Part shown: positions 1 through 10,576 of the stretch, in pieces
Layout: every line of letters starts with the position of its first letter
Position numbering within the stretch: the first letter of the stretch is position 1
Assembly (NCBI GenBank): GCA_937934655.1
Contig: CALGZB010000070.1
Coordinates: 3,005-67,004 of the forward strand
Origin: an uncultured Acidimicrobiales bacterium
GTDB lineage: Bacteria > Actinomycetota > Acidimicrobiia > Acidimicrobiales > SHLQ01
Length of the DNA: 64,000 nt
Reading direction: 5' to 3'
Translations under genes and position numbers: made by a program
Notes under the pieces: model-generated
Told to the model about the DNA's origin: nothing
The model's input: only the letters and a program-made list of their open reading frames with translations
Database searches by the model: none

Positions 1-1
1 C

Positions 2-340
2 GGCACCACCGCCGTCGAACGCGGACTCAAAGTCATCATCGCAGGAGCTGGCGGAGCCGCCCACCTACCTGGGATGCTCGCGTCGAAGACGCGCATCCCC
101 GTTATCGGTGTGCCGGTGCAAACCAAGGCGCTGTCCGGCGTCGACAGTTTGTATTCAATCGTGCAGATGCCGCGCGGTTTCCCCGTCGCCACCATGGCAA
201 TCGGCGCTGCTGGTGCCGCCAACGCCGGGCTTCTTGCCGCTGGCATCTTGGCCATTGATGACGAAGACCTCGCCGAGCGGCTCGAAGCATGGCGATCGGC
301 GCTTTCCGCCTCGATCCCCCAAACACCCGTCGATGGCTAA
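2..340 (+). CDS. purE: N5-CAIR mutase PurE (5'-truncated by the window edge)
   Basis: Frame from base 2 reads [51 protein letters not shown], the PurE signature motifs. Confidence 0.95.
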   Translation, partial: GTTAVERGLKVIIAGAGGAAHLPGMLASKTRIPVIGVPVQTKALSGVDSLYSIVQMPRGFPVATMAIGAAGAANAGLLAAGILAIDDEDLAERLEAWRSALSASIPQTPVDG

Positions 341-1418
341 GGCCTCGGACCCAACCGAAGCGCTCCCACTCGGCGGCGTCATCGGGGTCCTCGGAGGCGG
401 ACAGCTCGGCCGGATGTTGTCGGTCGCAGCGTCGCGCCTCGGCCTTCGATGCCATATCTTTGAGCCGGGTCAGGACCCACCTGCCGGCCACGTCGCCCAC
501 CAAGTCACCACTGCCGATTACGGCGACTCCAGTGCACTTGTCTCATTCGCGAAGTCCGTCGATGTCATCACCTACGAGTTCGAAAACGTCCCCGCCGATG
601 CGCTCGACGAGCTCGAGTCGATCGCTCCGATTCGACCAGGCCGAAATGCGCTCGCTACCAGCCAGGACCGGATTGTCGAGAAGCAGTTTCTGGCCGATCT
701 GGGTTTGGGCGTCGCACCGTTTGCGCCCGTCGATGACCTCAGCTCCCTTGAGCAGGCCATCGCAACGATTGGCACTCCGGCCATCTTGAAGACGCGCCGG
801 TTCGGGTACGACGGGAAAGGCCAGGTGCGAATCTCCAAAGACTCCGACCTTGATGCGGCACTCAGTTCCGTTGCACACGCTCCAGCGGTCCTCGAAGGCA
901 TGATCCCGTTCGATAGTGAGATCTCCGTCATCGCTGCTCGATCTACCACCGGTGAAGTCGCGTGCTTTGACCCAGGTCAGAACATACATATCGACGGAAT
1001 CTTGGCCACCACGACTGTTCCCGCACCCATCAGTGACTCCGTACGCACAGAAGCGTTAAAGGCGGCGTCCCAAATCCTTGAGGCACTCGATTACGTCGGG
1101 GTACTTGGCGTCGAACTGTTCGTATCGGGCGACGACCTACTGGTCAACGAGATCGCCCCTCGAGTGCACAACTCCGGGCACTGGACCCAGAACGGCTGCG
1201 TGGTCGACCAGTTCGAACAACACATCCGTGCAGTGGCCGGATGGCCCCTAGGCAACCCGGCACGCCATAGCGATGTGGTCATGGAAAACCTGATCGGCGT
1301 CGAAATCGACGACGTAGCTGCCCTCACAACCGAGGCGGGCGTAGGCATCCACGTGTACGGCAAGGCCGAAACCAAACCAGGCCGCAAGATGGGCCACATC
1401 AATCGTTTACAGCGCTAG
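333..1418 (+). CDS. purK: N5-CAIR synthase PurK (ATP-grasp)
   Basis: [53 protein letters not shown]; ATG at 333 overlaps the purE stop (ATGGCTAA). Confidence 0.95.
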   Translation: MAKASDPTEALPLGGVIGVLGGGQLGRMLSVAASRLGLRCHIFEPGQDPPAGHVAHQVTTADYGDSSALVSFAKSVDVITYEFENVPADALDELESIAPIRPGRNALATSQDRIVEKQFLADLGLGVAPFAPVDDLSSLEQAIATIGTPAILKTRRFGYDGKGQVRISKDSDLDAALSSVAHAPAVLEGMIPFDSEISVIAARSTTGEVACFDPGQNIHIDGILATTTVPAPISDSVRTEALKAASQILEALDYVGVLGVELFVSGDDLLVNEIAPRVHNSGHWTQNGCVVDQFEQHIRAVAGWPLGNPARHSDVVMENLIGVEIDDVAALTTEAGVGIHVYGKAETKPGRKMGHINRLQR

Positions 1419-2302
1419 CCCGCGAGCCCGACCCCTGGCCAGTCACTAAAATCACGACCGGTAATCCGCTCGTAGCCCGCCACGTATCGCTCCCTCGTGT
1501 CGGCAAGAACCGATGCAGGAAGCGTGGGCGGTGGAGGCGTCTTGTCCCAGTCGAGGGTCTCAAGGAAGTCACGAACCGGTTGCTTGTCGAAGCTCGGCGG
1601 TGTGGAGCCCGGCTCCCACTGGTCGGCTGGCCAGTAGCGAGACGAATCGGCGGTCAGTACTTCGTCGGCAACCACAAGTTCGCCATCGACCAGCCCAAGC
1701 TCAAACTTGGTATCGGCAATGATGATGCCCCGCTCGGCGGCAAGCGCAGCTCCTCGGTTATAGAGGTCGAGAGAAATGGTTCGTGCCTGAGCGGCCAGGT
1801 CTGTACCAATGAGTTCCTCAGCCTCGGCATACGAGATGTTGATGTCGTGCTCGCCATCGGCGGCCTTCGTGGCTGGCGTGAACACCGGCTCTGGAAGTTT
1901 CGAGGACTTCAGCAAGCCAGTGGGCATCGGCGTGCCATGCATGGTTCCGCTCTCGGTGTATTCCTTCCATGCCGAGCCGGTGATGTACCCGCGAACCACG
2001 CATTCAATCGTCAGCATCTCGGCCTTGTGCACCAGCATCGAGCGCCCCGCCAGATCTGGATCCTGCGCGCCCTCGGGAAAGTCGGCCAGATCAGTACTGA
2101 TGAGATGGCTCTCGACGCCGAGGTGGTGAAACCAGAACGATGACATTGCCGTAAGCACCCGACCCTTATCGGGAACAGTCTCGGCCATCACCACGTCGAA
2201 GGCCGACAGACGATCCGACGTCACCAACAGCAGGCGATCGTCGCCGGCGTCGTACATGTCGCGCACCTTGCCCGAGTACAGATGCCGAAGTGCGATTGTC
2301 AT
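1415..2302 (-). CDS. purC: SAICAR synthetase
   Basis: YSGKVRDMY, SDRLSAFD, IECVVRGY, ADTKFELG, DEVLTADSSRYW, FDKQPVRD; shares CTAG stop overlap with convergent purK. Confidence 0.95.
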   Translation of the reverse strand: MTIALRHLYSGKVRDMYDAGDDRLLLVTSDRLSAFDVVMAETVPDKGRVLTAMSSFWFHHLGVESHLISTDLADFPEGAQDPDLAGRSMLVHKAEMLTIECVVRGYITGSAWKEYTESGTMHGTPMPTGLLKSSKLPEPVFTPATKAADGEHDINISYAEAEELIGTDLAAQARTISLDLYNRGAALAAERGIIIADTKFELGLVDGELVVADEVLTADSSRYWPADQWEPGSTPPSFDKQPVRDFLETLDWDKTPPPPTLPASVLADTRERYVAGYERITGRDFSDWPGVGLAG

Positions 2303-2335
2303 GGGGGAACCTCCGTGGGGTGGGTCTCAGAATCT

Positions 2336-3757
2336 TTAGAGCATGGCCCCAGGCACATAGCCTGCCGCATCAGGGAACTCTGCAAATAGCGGCGCTACTC
2401 GCTCGAGAAACGATGCCACCTGCTGCTGCGCCGTGCCGGCCAGATCGAGCGGGTCGCCGAGGGCACCGGTAAGACCGTCGATATCCATTGGAAGACGATC
2501 ATCAGCGGCAAGCCGGGCAAACAAATCGTTGTCAGATGTTGCGTGCTGGCGCATTTCGAGCGCCACAGCTACCGCATGTTCCTTAATGGCCTCGTGGGCA
2601 GCTTCGCGGCCAGCGCCGTTCTTTACCGCGGCGACCAGAATCTTCGTGGTGGCCAAGAAAGGCAGGTACCTGTCGAGCTCGCGCTGGATAACCGCAGGGT
2701 ATGCCCCGAATTCATCGAGCACCGTAATCATGGTCTCGAACAGCCCATCGAGAGCGAAAAAGGCGTCGGGCAAAACAACTCGGCGCACCACCGAGCAGCT
2801 CACGTCGCCCTCGTTCCATTGGTCGCCGGTAAGCCCGGTGGCCATGGTGAGGTGACCGCCGAGAATGGTGTGAAGGCCGCAGACCCGTTCGGTACTGCGG
2901 GTGTTCATCTTGTGAGGCATGGCTGACGAACCAACCTGGCCATCTTGAAAGCCCTCGGTGACCAGTTCGTGCCCGGCCATAAGACGGATTGTTGTCGCCA
3001 AGCTCGCCGGTGCGGAAGCCGACTGCACAAGCGCCGACACGACATCGAAATCCAGCGACCTCGGATAGACCTGGCCAACGCTGTCGAGGGTGGCGGAGAA
3101 ACCAAGATGCTTCGCCACTCGATCTTCGAGTTGATCGACCTTTGTGGTGTCGCCTTCGAACAGGTCGAGCATGTCTTGCTGGGTGCCGACCGGCCCTTTG
3201 ATTCCTCGCAGTGGGTACCGATCGAGAAGTCCATCGAGGCGAAGCAGCGACTGCCAAAGCTCTTCGCCCGCATTCGAAAAGCGCTTCCCAAGGGTGGTGG
3301 TTTGGGCAGCCACGTTGTGGGACCGGCCAGTGAGCGCAACCGCCGAGTAATCGTCGGCTCGCCGGGCGATGCGTGCCAGCAAGGCAATCATTCGGTCGCG
3401 GACTAACTCAAGGCTCTGTCGGACCTGAAGCTGCTCGACGTTTTCGGTGAGGTCACGCGAGGTCATGCCCTTGTGAACGTGTTCGTGCCCCGCGAGTGCG
3501 CAGAACTCTTCGATGCGGGCCTTCACGTCATGGCGGGTGCGTTCTTCTCGCACGCGAATCGAGTCGAGATCGACGTTGGTGAGGTGCTCGCGGTAGTCCT
3601 CAAGAACGCCATCGGGAACATCAACCCCCAGATCACGCTGTGCTTCAAGGACGGCCAACCAAAGCTGGCGTTCGGCGACGACCTTGTTGGTGGCCGACCA
3701 GATGTTGACCATCTCCGCCGATGCGTACCGGGTTGCGAGCACGTTTGGAACTGACAT
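2336..3757 (-). CDS. purB: Adenylosuccinate lyase
   Basis: NVLATRYAS, RHDVKA, HKGMTSRDLTEN, GSSAMPHKMN signature; start moved to ATG 3757 (MSVPNVL) just after the purD stop. Confidence 0.93.
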   Translation of the reverse strand: MSVPNVLATRYASAEMVNIWSATNKVVAERQLWLAVLEAQRDLGVDVPDGVLEDYREHLTNVDLDSIRVREERTRHDVKARIEEFCALAGHEHVHKGMTSRDLTENVEQLQVRQSLELVRDRMIALLARIARRADDYSAVALTGRSHNVAAQTTTLGKRFSNAGEELWQSLLRLDGLLDRYPLRGIKGPVGTQQDMLDLFEGDTTKVDQLEDRVAKHLGFSATLDSVGQVYPRSLDFDVVSALVQSASAPASLATTIRLMAGHELVTEGFQDGQVGSSAMPHKMNTRSTERVCGLHTILGGHLTMATGLTGDQWNEGDVSCSVVRRVVLPDAFFALDGLFETMITVLDEFGAYPAVIQRELDRYLPFLATTKILVAAVKNGAGREAAHEAIKEHAVAVALEMRQHATSDNDLFARLAADDRLPMDIDGLTGALGDPLDLAGTAQQQVASFLERVAPLFAEFPDAAGYVPGAML

Positions 3758-3774
3758 TTGGGAACGTGTCCTTG

Positions 3775-5025
3775 TTATTCGGCTGAGGCGGCGGCAGCTG
3801 CCTCGGCGATATCGGTGCGAAATTGCATGCCCGGCCAGGAGATCTTGTCGACACCGGCAAAGGCTCGTTCGCGTGCAGCAGCGATCGTTGTGCCACTGCC
3901 GGTCACGGCCAACACCCGGCCACCGTTGACGGTGAGCTGGTCGGGCGAACCGCCGGTTCCGGCACAAAAGACGGTGACGCCCTCAAGGGCGTTGGCTTCG
4001 TCGATGCCAGCGATGTCTGAACCCTTCACCGGCGCAGCTGGATAGCCCTCGGCGGCGCAGACCACAGTGACGGTTGCATCGTCGGTGAACTCGGGTGCGG
4101 TTTCAATGTTGCCGGCGGCGGCTTCACTGAGAAGCTGCACCAAGTCGGTCGTGAGTCGGGGAAGAACAACCTGCGATTCGGGATCGCCAAAACGTACGTT
4201 GTACTCGAGCATCTTGGGACCCTCAGGGGTCACCATGATTCCGGCGTACAACACGCCTCGGTAGTCGATTCCCATACCACGAAGGGTGTCGAGCGTGGGC
4301 TGTACGCCCTGAGTCATGATGAGATCGACAACCTCAGGAGTTGCGACCGGAACGGGAGAATAGGCACCCATCCCACCGGTGTTGGGGCCGGTATCGCCCA
4401 CTCCGATTCGCTTGAAATCTTGAGCAGGTGCCAATGCAACAGCCTTGGTACCGTCGCAAATAGCGAGAATAGAAATCTCCGGACCGGTGAGTCCTTCTTC
4501 GATGACCACCGTTCGACCAGCATCGCCAAAGGCGTCGCCCGAAAGGTACGAGCGCACGGCGGCCTGTGCTTCCGCGAGATCGTGGGTAACCACTACACCT
4601 TTGCCGGCGGCGAGACCATCGGTCTTGACCACATAGAACTCGGGCATGGTGTCGAGGTAGGCGAGCGCAGGCTCGACCTCGGTGAACGTGCCGTGCATGG
4701 CGGTCGGAACGCCGGCGGTTGCCAGCACTTCCTTCATCCAGGCTTTGGACCCTTCGAGCCGAGCGCCATCGGCCCCGGGCCCAAACACCAGCTTGCCTTG
4801 GGCCCGAAGCTGGTCGGCGAGGCCGTCGACCAATGGTGCTTCGGGACCAATGACAAAGAGGTCAGCGTCGATTTCGGTCGGATCGGTGTCGACCGAGCCC
4901 GGAATTCCCGGTGACCCGGGCGTAATAATGACGTCCGCGGTTCGGCCGAGAACCGATGCCAGCGCATGTTCGCGCCCACCGGAGCCGACCACACAAACTC
5001 GCTTGCGGGTTGTGTCGGAGCTCAT
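3775..5025 (-). CDS. purD: Phosphoribosylamine-glycine ligase
   Basis: VGSGGREHAL, GPEAPLVDG, KTDGLAAGKGV, QDFKR..GPNTGGMGAYSP, EYNVRFGDPE, NGGRVL. Confidence 0.96.
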   Translation of the reverse strand: MSSDTTRKRVCVVGSGGREHALASVLGRTADVIITPGSPGIPGSVDTDPTEIDADLFVIGPEAPLVDGLADQLRAQGKLVFGPGADGARLEGSKAWMKEVLATAGVPTAMHGTFTEVEPALAYLDTMPEFYVVKTDGLAAGKGVVVTHDLAEAQAAVRSYLSGDAFGDAGRTVVIEEGLTGPEISILAICDGTKAVALAPAQDFKRIGVGDTGPNTGGMGAYSPVPVATPEVVDLIMTQGVQPTLDTLRGMGIDYRGVLYAGIMVTPEGPKMLEYNVRFGDPESQVVLPRLTTDLVQLLSEAAAGNIETAPEFTDDATVTVVCAAEGYPAAPVKGSDIAGIDEANALEGVTVFCAGTGGSPDQLTVNGGRVLAVTGSGTTIAAARERAFAGVDKISWPGMQFRTDIAEAAAAASAE

Positions 5026-5034
5026 GGATTGGTC

Positions 5035-6330
<1,296 letters not shown>

Positions 6331-6566
6331 TTAGTCGACTCCGTTACGGAACGACCTTAGTTCGCCCAACCCCTCGATGAGCAACCGCAAATGACCAGTT
6401 TCGAATTCGGGCACCAAGAAATAACAACACTTATTGAAAGGCACTGGTATGTGCACAAAGGTCTGGCACCTTAATGCGTCCAGAGTGACAAGTGGGGGAT
6501 TTGTGGAGAATGTTGCTAAAGAGGTACCTTCGGCGAGGAACGAAGTTCTTTGGTAGGGAGTATCCC

Positions 6567-7730
6567 GTGGCGTACACCGCAACGAATAATGAAAACAGGC
6601 ATCACACACCGCGCATCGTGCGTCTTGGATTTGGTGCACTACTCACCGTCTTGGCCACGCTGTTCGCCTTGGCGCTGTTCAACGACGGCGACGCCGTGCA
6701 GGCCCAGGCCGGACCGAGCCCCGCCGGATGCGGCGGCGACTTCGCCAACTCCTTCGGCTCCGTAAGCTTCGACACCGTTGTCGGCGACAAGGTTCTTTCA
6801 ACCTCTCCAACCTCGCAGACCTACAGCCTCGGATCACCGATTCCGGCAGGCACCTACCAACTCGCTGCAGTGAGCTACGACGGGTACACCGGCCGCGAAA
6901 GCACAACCGGTCAAGGCAACGAACAATGGGTTGCCCAGCTGCTCGACGGATCCGGAAACGTTCTGGCAACCAGCGGCACCACCGGCGATCTTGCCGACGG
7001 CGTCTCTGAGGCCACCTGGAGCGGAGGCATTGGCGAAGTAACCGTCAACGGCACCGTCACCCAGATCCGTGCAGTGCATGCAGCCATCGGCTCATCCACC
7101 GTCAACTCGGTACGGCCAGTCTGCGTAGGCGCCCGCTTAGTCTCTGCACCACCGGAGACGACGCCTCCAACCACCGCACCGCCGGAGACCATTCCTCCTG
7201 AGACCGTCCCACCAGAAACAGTCCCACCAGCAACAGGGGCAAGCTCGATCACGGTCCAAAAAATCACCGAAGGTGACGAAGAGTTCGAAGCAACGCTCAC
7301 CCTCGACTGCGGTCCGAGTGGTTCGGCCCGCGGAACCGATCGCAACCCATCAATCTCGGTCGGCGACCTTCCGGTTGGGGCCACCTGCCTTATCTCGGTC
7401 GAAGCAGACGGCGCAGCGAATATTGCGTTCAATGTCGAACCCGCATCGGTTATTCCGATCTCTGAACCCGGCAACGCCATCAGCATCACCATCCCCGCTG
7501 AGGGTCTCGACATCGTGGTCTCCATCAGCTGCATCCTCGAAGGTGGCGGTGAGGTCGACCCGGAACCACCGGCCACCACACTGCCGCCCGCACCCGAGCC
7601 AGAGCCGGAACCAGAGCCTGAACCACCAGCGCCGGAGCCCGAACCAGAACCAGCTCCTCAACCAGCCAAACAACCAGCTGACCAGGAACCGGCACAACCT
7701 GTCGCTGCCGAGCCGGACTTCACCGGTTAG
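6567..7730 (+). CDS. Secreted protein with two beta-rich domains, Pro/Thr- and Pro/Glu-rich linkers and a C-terminal PDFTG
   Basis: AGGGAG RBS before GTG 6567; hydrophobic N-terminal segment ending AVQAQA; PPETxPP and (PE)n low-complexity runs; ends ..QPVAAEPDFTG-stop. Confidence 0.7.
   Translation: MAYTATNNENRHHTPRIVRLGFGALLTVLATLFALALFNDGDAVQAQAGPSPAGCGGDFANSFGSVSFDTVVGDKVLSTSPTSQTYSLGSPIPAGTYQLAAVSYDGYTGRESTTGQGNEQWVAQLLDGSGNVLATSGTTGDLADGVSEATWSGGIGEVTVNGTVTQIRAVHAAIGSSTVNSVRPVCVGARLVSAPPETTPPTTAPPETIPPETVPPETVPPATGASSITVQKITEGDEEFEATLTLDCGPSGSARGTDRNPSISVGDLPVGATCLISVEADGAANIAFNVEPASVIPISEPGNAISITIPAEGLDIVVSISCILEGGGEVDPEPPATTLPPAPEPEPEPEPEPPAPEPEPEPAPQPAKQPADQEPAQPVAAEPDFTG
7148..7229 (+). 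repeat. Coding tandem repeat PPET(T/I/V)PP linker
   Basis: Translation PPETTPPTTAPPETIPPETVPPETVPP. Confidence 0.6.
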
Positions 7731-7785
7731 CCGATAGAAACAACGAGAGAGAACGAAAGAACTCGCCCACCAAATTCGAAACAAG

Positions 7786-7957
7786 TGTTGTGCTTGGCTG
7801 AAGTTCGCCTTGGGGCAAAGGCGCCAGCCACAGAGCACCACAAAGCCATCTCAGGGAGTGGGGCAACATCCCCTGAGAAGGCGACTGGGACCTGACAGGT
7901 TCTCCAACTGACTTTTGTGGGGCAGCTGGAGAGCCAACGTCAGGTCCCTCTATTTTT
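7786..7957 (+). ncRNA. Candidate structured small RNA: three consecutive hairpins each carrying UGGGGCA, the last followed by a U-rich tract
   Basis: CGCCTT-GGGGCA-AAGGCG inside TGGCTG/CAGCCA; TCTCAGGG..GT-GGGGCA-AC..CCCTGAGA; GGGACCTGAC..TCTCCAACTG..TGGGGCAG..CTGGAGA..GTCAGGTCCC then TCTATTTTT. Strand inferred from the T tract only. Confidence 0.5.
7887..7957 (+). terminator. Intrinsic terminator-like long hairpin between convergent genes
   Basis: Perfect 10-bp outer stem GGGACCTGAC/GTCAGGTCCC followed by TCTATTTTT. Confidence 0.5.
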
Positions 7958-8083
7958 CCAGCGTTCCCTGGGCACGCAGCCCAACTGGGCTCGGGCTACA
8001 GGCTGGCGCCTTCCGCCCTACAGACTTCCAGCAGAATCAGCGCTTTCTGCTTGGTTGCAACACTCCAGAAGCACCGACGTGAC

Positions 8084-10564
8084 TTACTCGAAGGTCAGCG
8101 TGTCGCCTTTGAGATCGACGGTTACTTTGTCGCCTTCTCCGAAGGTTCCTTCTAGGAGTAGTAGGGCTAGGCGGTCACCGATCTCGTTTTGGATGACGCG
8201 CTTTAGCGGGCGGGCACCGAAGTCTGGGTTGAAGCCGTCGGTTGCCAGTTTCTTCTTTGCGGCCTCGGTGACTTCGAGAGTGATTCGGCGTTTGGCCAAG
8301 CGCTTCTCGAGCGACTGCAGCTGAATGTTCACGATGTGGGCAAGGTCGTCCAGATCGAGCGGCCGGAACCGCACCATGTCATCGACTCGGTTTACGAATT
8401 CCGGACGGAAGAAGTCGAGCGGATTGCCCGGAAGGTTCGACGTCATAATCAAGATCACGTTGGTGAAATCAACGGTTCGTCCCTGGCCATCGGTAAGACG
8501 GCCATCGTCGAGGAGTTGCAACAACACACCAAACACATCGGCGTGGGCCTTCTCGACCTCATCAAGCAACACCACCGAGTACGGACGGCGACGCACCGCT
8601 TCGGTGAGTTGACCCCCTTCGTCGTAGCCGACGTAACCAGGAGGCGCACCAATGAGCCGACTTACCGAAATCTTCTCCATGTACTCGCTCATGTCGATCC
8701 GCACCATGGAGCGTTCGTCGTCGAACAGGAAATCGGCAAGGGAACGAGCCAGTTCGGTCTTACCCACACCCGTCGGGCCAAGAAAGAGGAAGCTACCGAT
8801 TGGACGGTTGGGGTCGGACAGGCCAGCCCGGCTTCGTCGGATTGCGTTCGCCACCACGGTCACCGCATCGTCTTGGCCGACTACCCGTTCATGCAACACC
8901 TCTTCGAGGCGAACGAGTTTGTCGACCTCGCCTTCCATCAGTCGCGAGACCGGCACACCGGTCCAGTTCGATACCACCTCGGCAACGTCTTCCTCGTCGA
9001 CCTCTTCCTTCAACATTTTGGTGCTGACCTGCAGCTTGTCGAGCGCAGCGGTGGATTCTTCGATACGGCGCTCGAGCTCGGGAATCTGCCCGTAACGAAT
9101 GGTCGCCGCTTTTTCGAGGTCGGTTTCGCGGTCGATGAGCGTGTTCAACGACTCCAACAGCTCCTTCTGCTCGCGAATCTGATCGATTGCTTCCTTCTCC
9201 GACTCCCAATGTGCCCGAAGGCCGGTGAGGGTCTTCGTGAGGTCAGCGATCTCAGATTCGAGGTCGGCCAGACGTTCTTGGCTCGACCGGTCGGTCTCTT
9301 TGGCAAGGGCCAACCGTTCGATCTCAAGCTGGCGGATTCGCCGCTCGACCACATCGATCTCGGTCGGAACCGAATCGATTTCGATGCGAAGCTTGCTCGC
9401 CGACTCGTCGACAAGGTCGATGGCCTTATCGGGCAGGAACCGCCCGGTGAGGTAGCGATCGGAGAGCACAGCAGCAGCGACTAAAGCGGCGTCTTGGATC
9501 CGTACACCGTGGTGCACCTCGTAGCGTTCCTTGAGGCCGCGCAGGATAGCGATGGAGTCCTCGACCGACGGTGGCGCCACCAAGACCTGCTGGAACCGGC
9601 GTTCGAGAGCCGGGTCCTTCTCTATGTGTTTGCGGAACTCGTCCAGCGTGGTGGCGCCGACCATATGGAGCTCACCCCGGGCAAGTAGCGGCTTGAGCAT
9701 GTTGCCGGCATCCATCGAACTGTCGCCACCAGCGCCCGCGCCCACAACGGTATGCATCTCATCGATAAAGGTAATGACCTCGCCGTCAGCGTCGGTGATC
9801 TCTTTGAGTACCGCCTTGAGCCGCTCTTCGAAATCGCCGCGGAACTTTGCACCGGCGACCATCGACGTGAGGTCGAGCGACATCACCCGCTTGTTTCGCA
9901 GAGACGATGGCACGTCTCCTTCGACAATGCGTGATGCGAGGCCTTCGACGATGGCAGTCTTTCCCACGCCTGGTTCGCCGATAAGGATCGGGTTGTTCTT
10001 CGTTCGACGTGAGAGAACCTGAATCACCCGGCGAATCTCGTCGTCGCGGCCGATGACCGGATCGAGTTTTCCAGCGCGAGCGGCGGCGGTGAGGTCCTCG
10101 GCGTACTTCTCGAGTGACTTGAACTGGTCTTCGGGGTTCTGGGTGGTGACCCGGTGATTCCCGCGCACCTCACGAAGTGCTTCGAGTACTTCCTCGCGCT
10201 CGAGGTCGAGACGGTCAGCCAGAGCGAGCAACAGGTGCTCAGTAGAGAGGTACTCGTCGCCCAAGTCTTCGCGGGCCTGGTCGGCCTGCTCGATTGCGGT
10301 GGTGAGTTCGCGACTGATCCGGGCCTCGGAGCCATACGCCGACGGCAGTGTCGAGATCTCATTGTCGATTCGGTTTCGAACCGCTAGCGGCGACTCGCCG
10401 AGGTAGTCGAGCATCGGGAGAACAATGCCCTCGCTCTGCGAAACCATGGCCGACAAGAGGTGAGCCGGCGTGATCTCCGGGTTGTTTTTCGTCTTCGCCA
10501 GCGTGGTTGCAGCGGTGACAGCTTCTTGGGTCTTCAGTGTCCAGCGGTTTGGGTCAAAGGCCAT
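8084..10564 (-). CDS. clpB: Chaperone/disaggregase ClpB
   Basis: [13 protein letters not shown], two Walker A motifs ([16 protein letters not shown]), [10 protein letters not shown], coiled-coil M domain, [17 protein letters not shown]. Confidence 0.96.
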   Translation of the reverse strand: MAFDPNRWTLKTQEAVTAATTLAKTKNNPEITPAHLLSAMVSQSEGIVLPMLDYLGESPLAVRNRIDNEISTLPSAYGSEARISRELTTAIEQADQAREDLGDEYLSTEHLLLALADRLDLEREEVLEALREVRGNHRVTTQNPEDQFKSLEKYAEDLTAAARAGKLDPVIGRDDEIRRVIQVLSRRTKNNPILIGEPGVGKTAIVEGLASRIVEGDVPSSLRNKRVMSLDLTSMVAGAKFRGDFEERLKAVLKEITDADGEVITFIDEMHTVVGAGAGGDSSMDAGNMLKPLLARGELHMVGATTLDEFRKHIEKDPALERRFQQVLVAPPSVEDSIAILRGLKERYEVHHGVRIQDAALVAAAVLSDRYLTGRFLPDKAIDLVDESASKLRIEIDSVPTEIDVVERRIRQLEIERLALAKETDRSSQERLADLESEIADLTKTLTGLRAHWESEKEAIDQIREQKELLESLNTLIDRETDLEKAATIRYGQIPELERRIEESTAALDKLQVSTKMLKEEVDEEDVAEVVSNWTGVPVSRLMEGEVDKLVRLEEVLHERVVGQDDAVTVVANAIRRSRAGLSDPNRPIGSFLFLGPTGVGKTELARSLADFLFDDERSMVRIDMSEYMEKISVSRLIGAPPGYVGYDEGGQLTEAVRRRPYSVVLLDEVEKAHADVFGVLLQLLDDGRLTDGQGRTVDFTNVILIMTSNLPGNPLDFFRPEFVNRVDDMVRFRPLDLDDLAHIVNIQLQSLEKRLAKRRITLEVTEAAKKKLATDGFNPDFGARPLKRVIQNEIGDRLALLLLEGTFGEGDKVTVDLKGDTLTFE

Positions 10565-10576
10565 GGACCAATTCTA
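10565..10576 (-). promoter_or_regulatory. Leaderless-type -10 box of clpB
   Basis: TAGAAT lies 6 nt upstream of the clpB ATG; its TAG is the stop codon of the upstream gene. Confidence 0.5.

Noticed and set aside
2336-3967. Extended N-termini in the ORF track (purB, purK, dcd, gmd, phosphoesterase, GDYXXLXY, photolyase, SDR)
   Set aside because: Extensions overlap neighbouring genes and lack family similarity; shorter starts have RBS, -10 or stop-start coupling support.
7786-7957. CRISPR array, tRNA or c-di-AMP riboswitch interpretation of the hairpin region
   Set aside because: The repeated unit is only 7 nt with irregular spacing, there are no cas genes, no cloverleaf, and it lies between two gene 3' ends.
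8336-9484. 382-aa ORF antisense to clpB, and similar long antisense ORFs at 13828-15111, 16530-17441, 21023-21916, 58294-59271 and 61510-62364
   Set aside because: They overlap confident genes on the other strand; high-GC codon bias suppresses stops; no recognisable domains.
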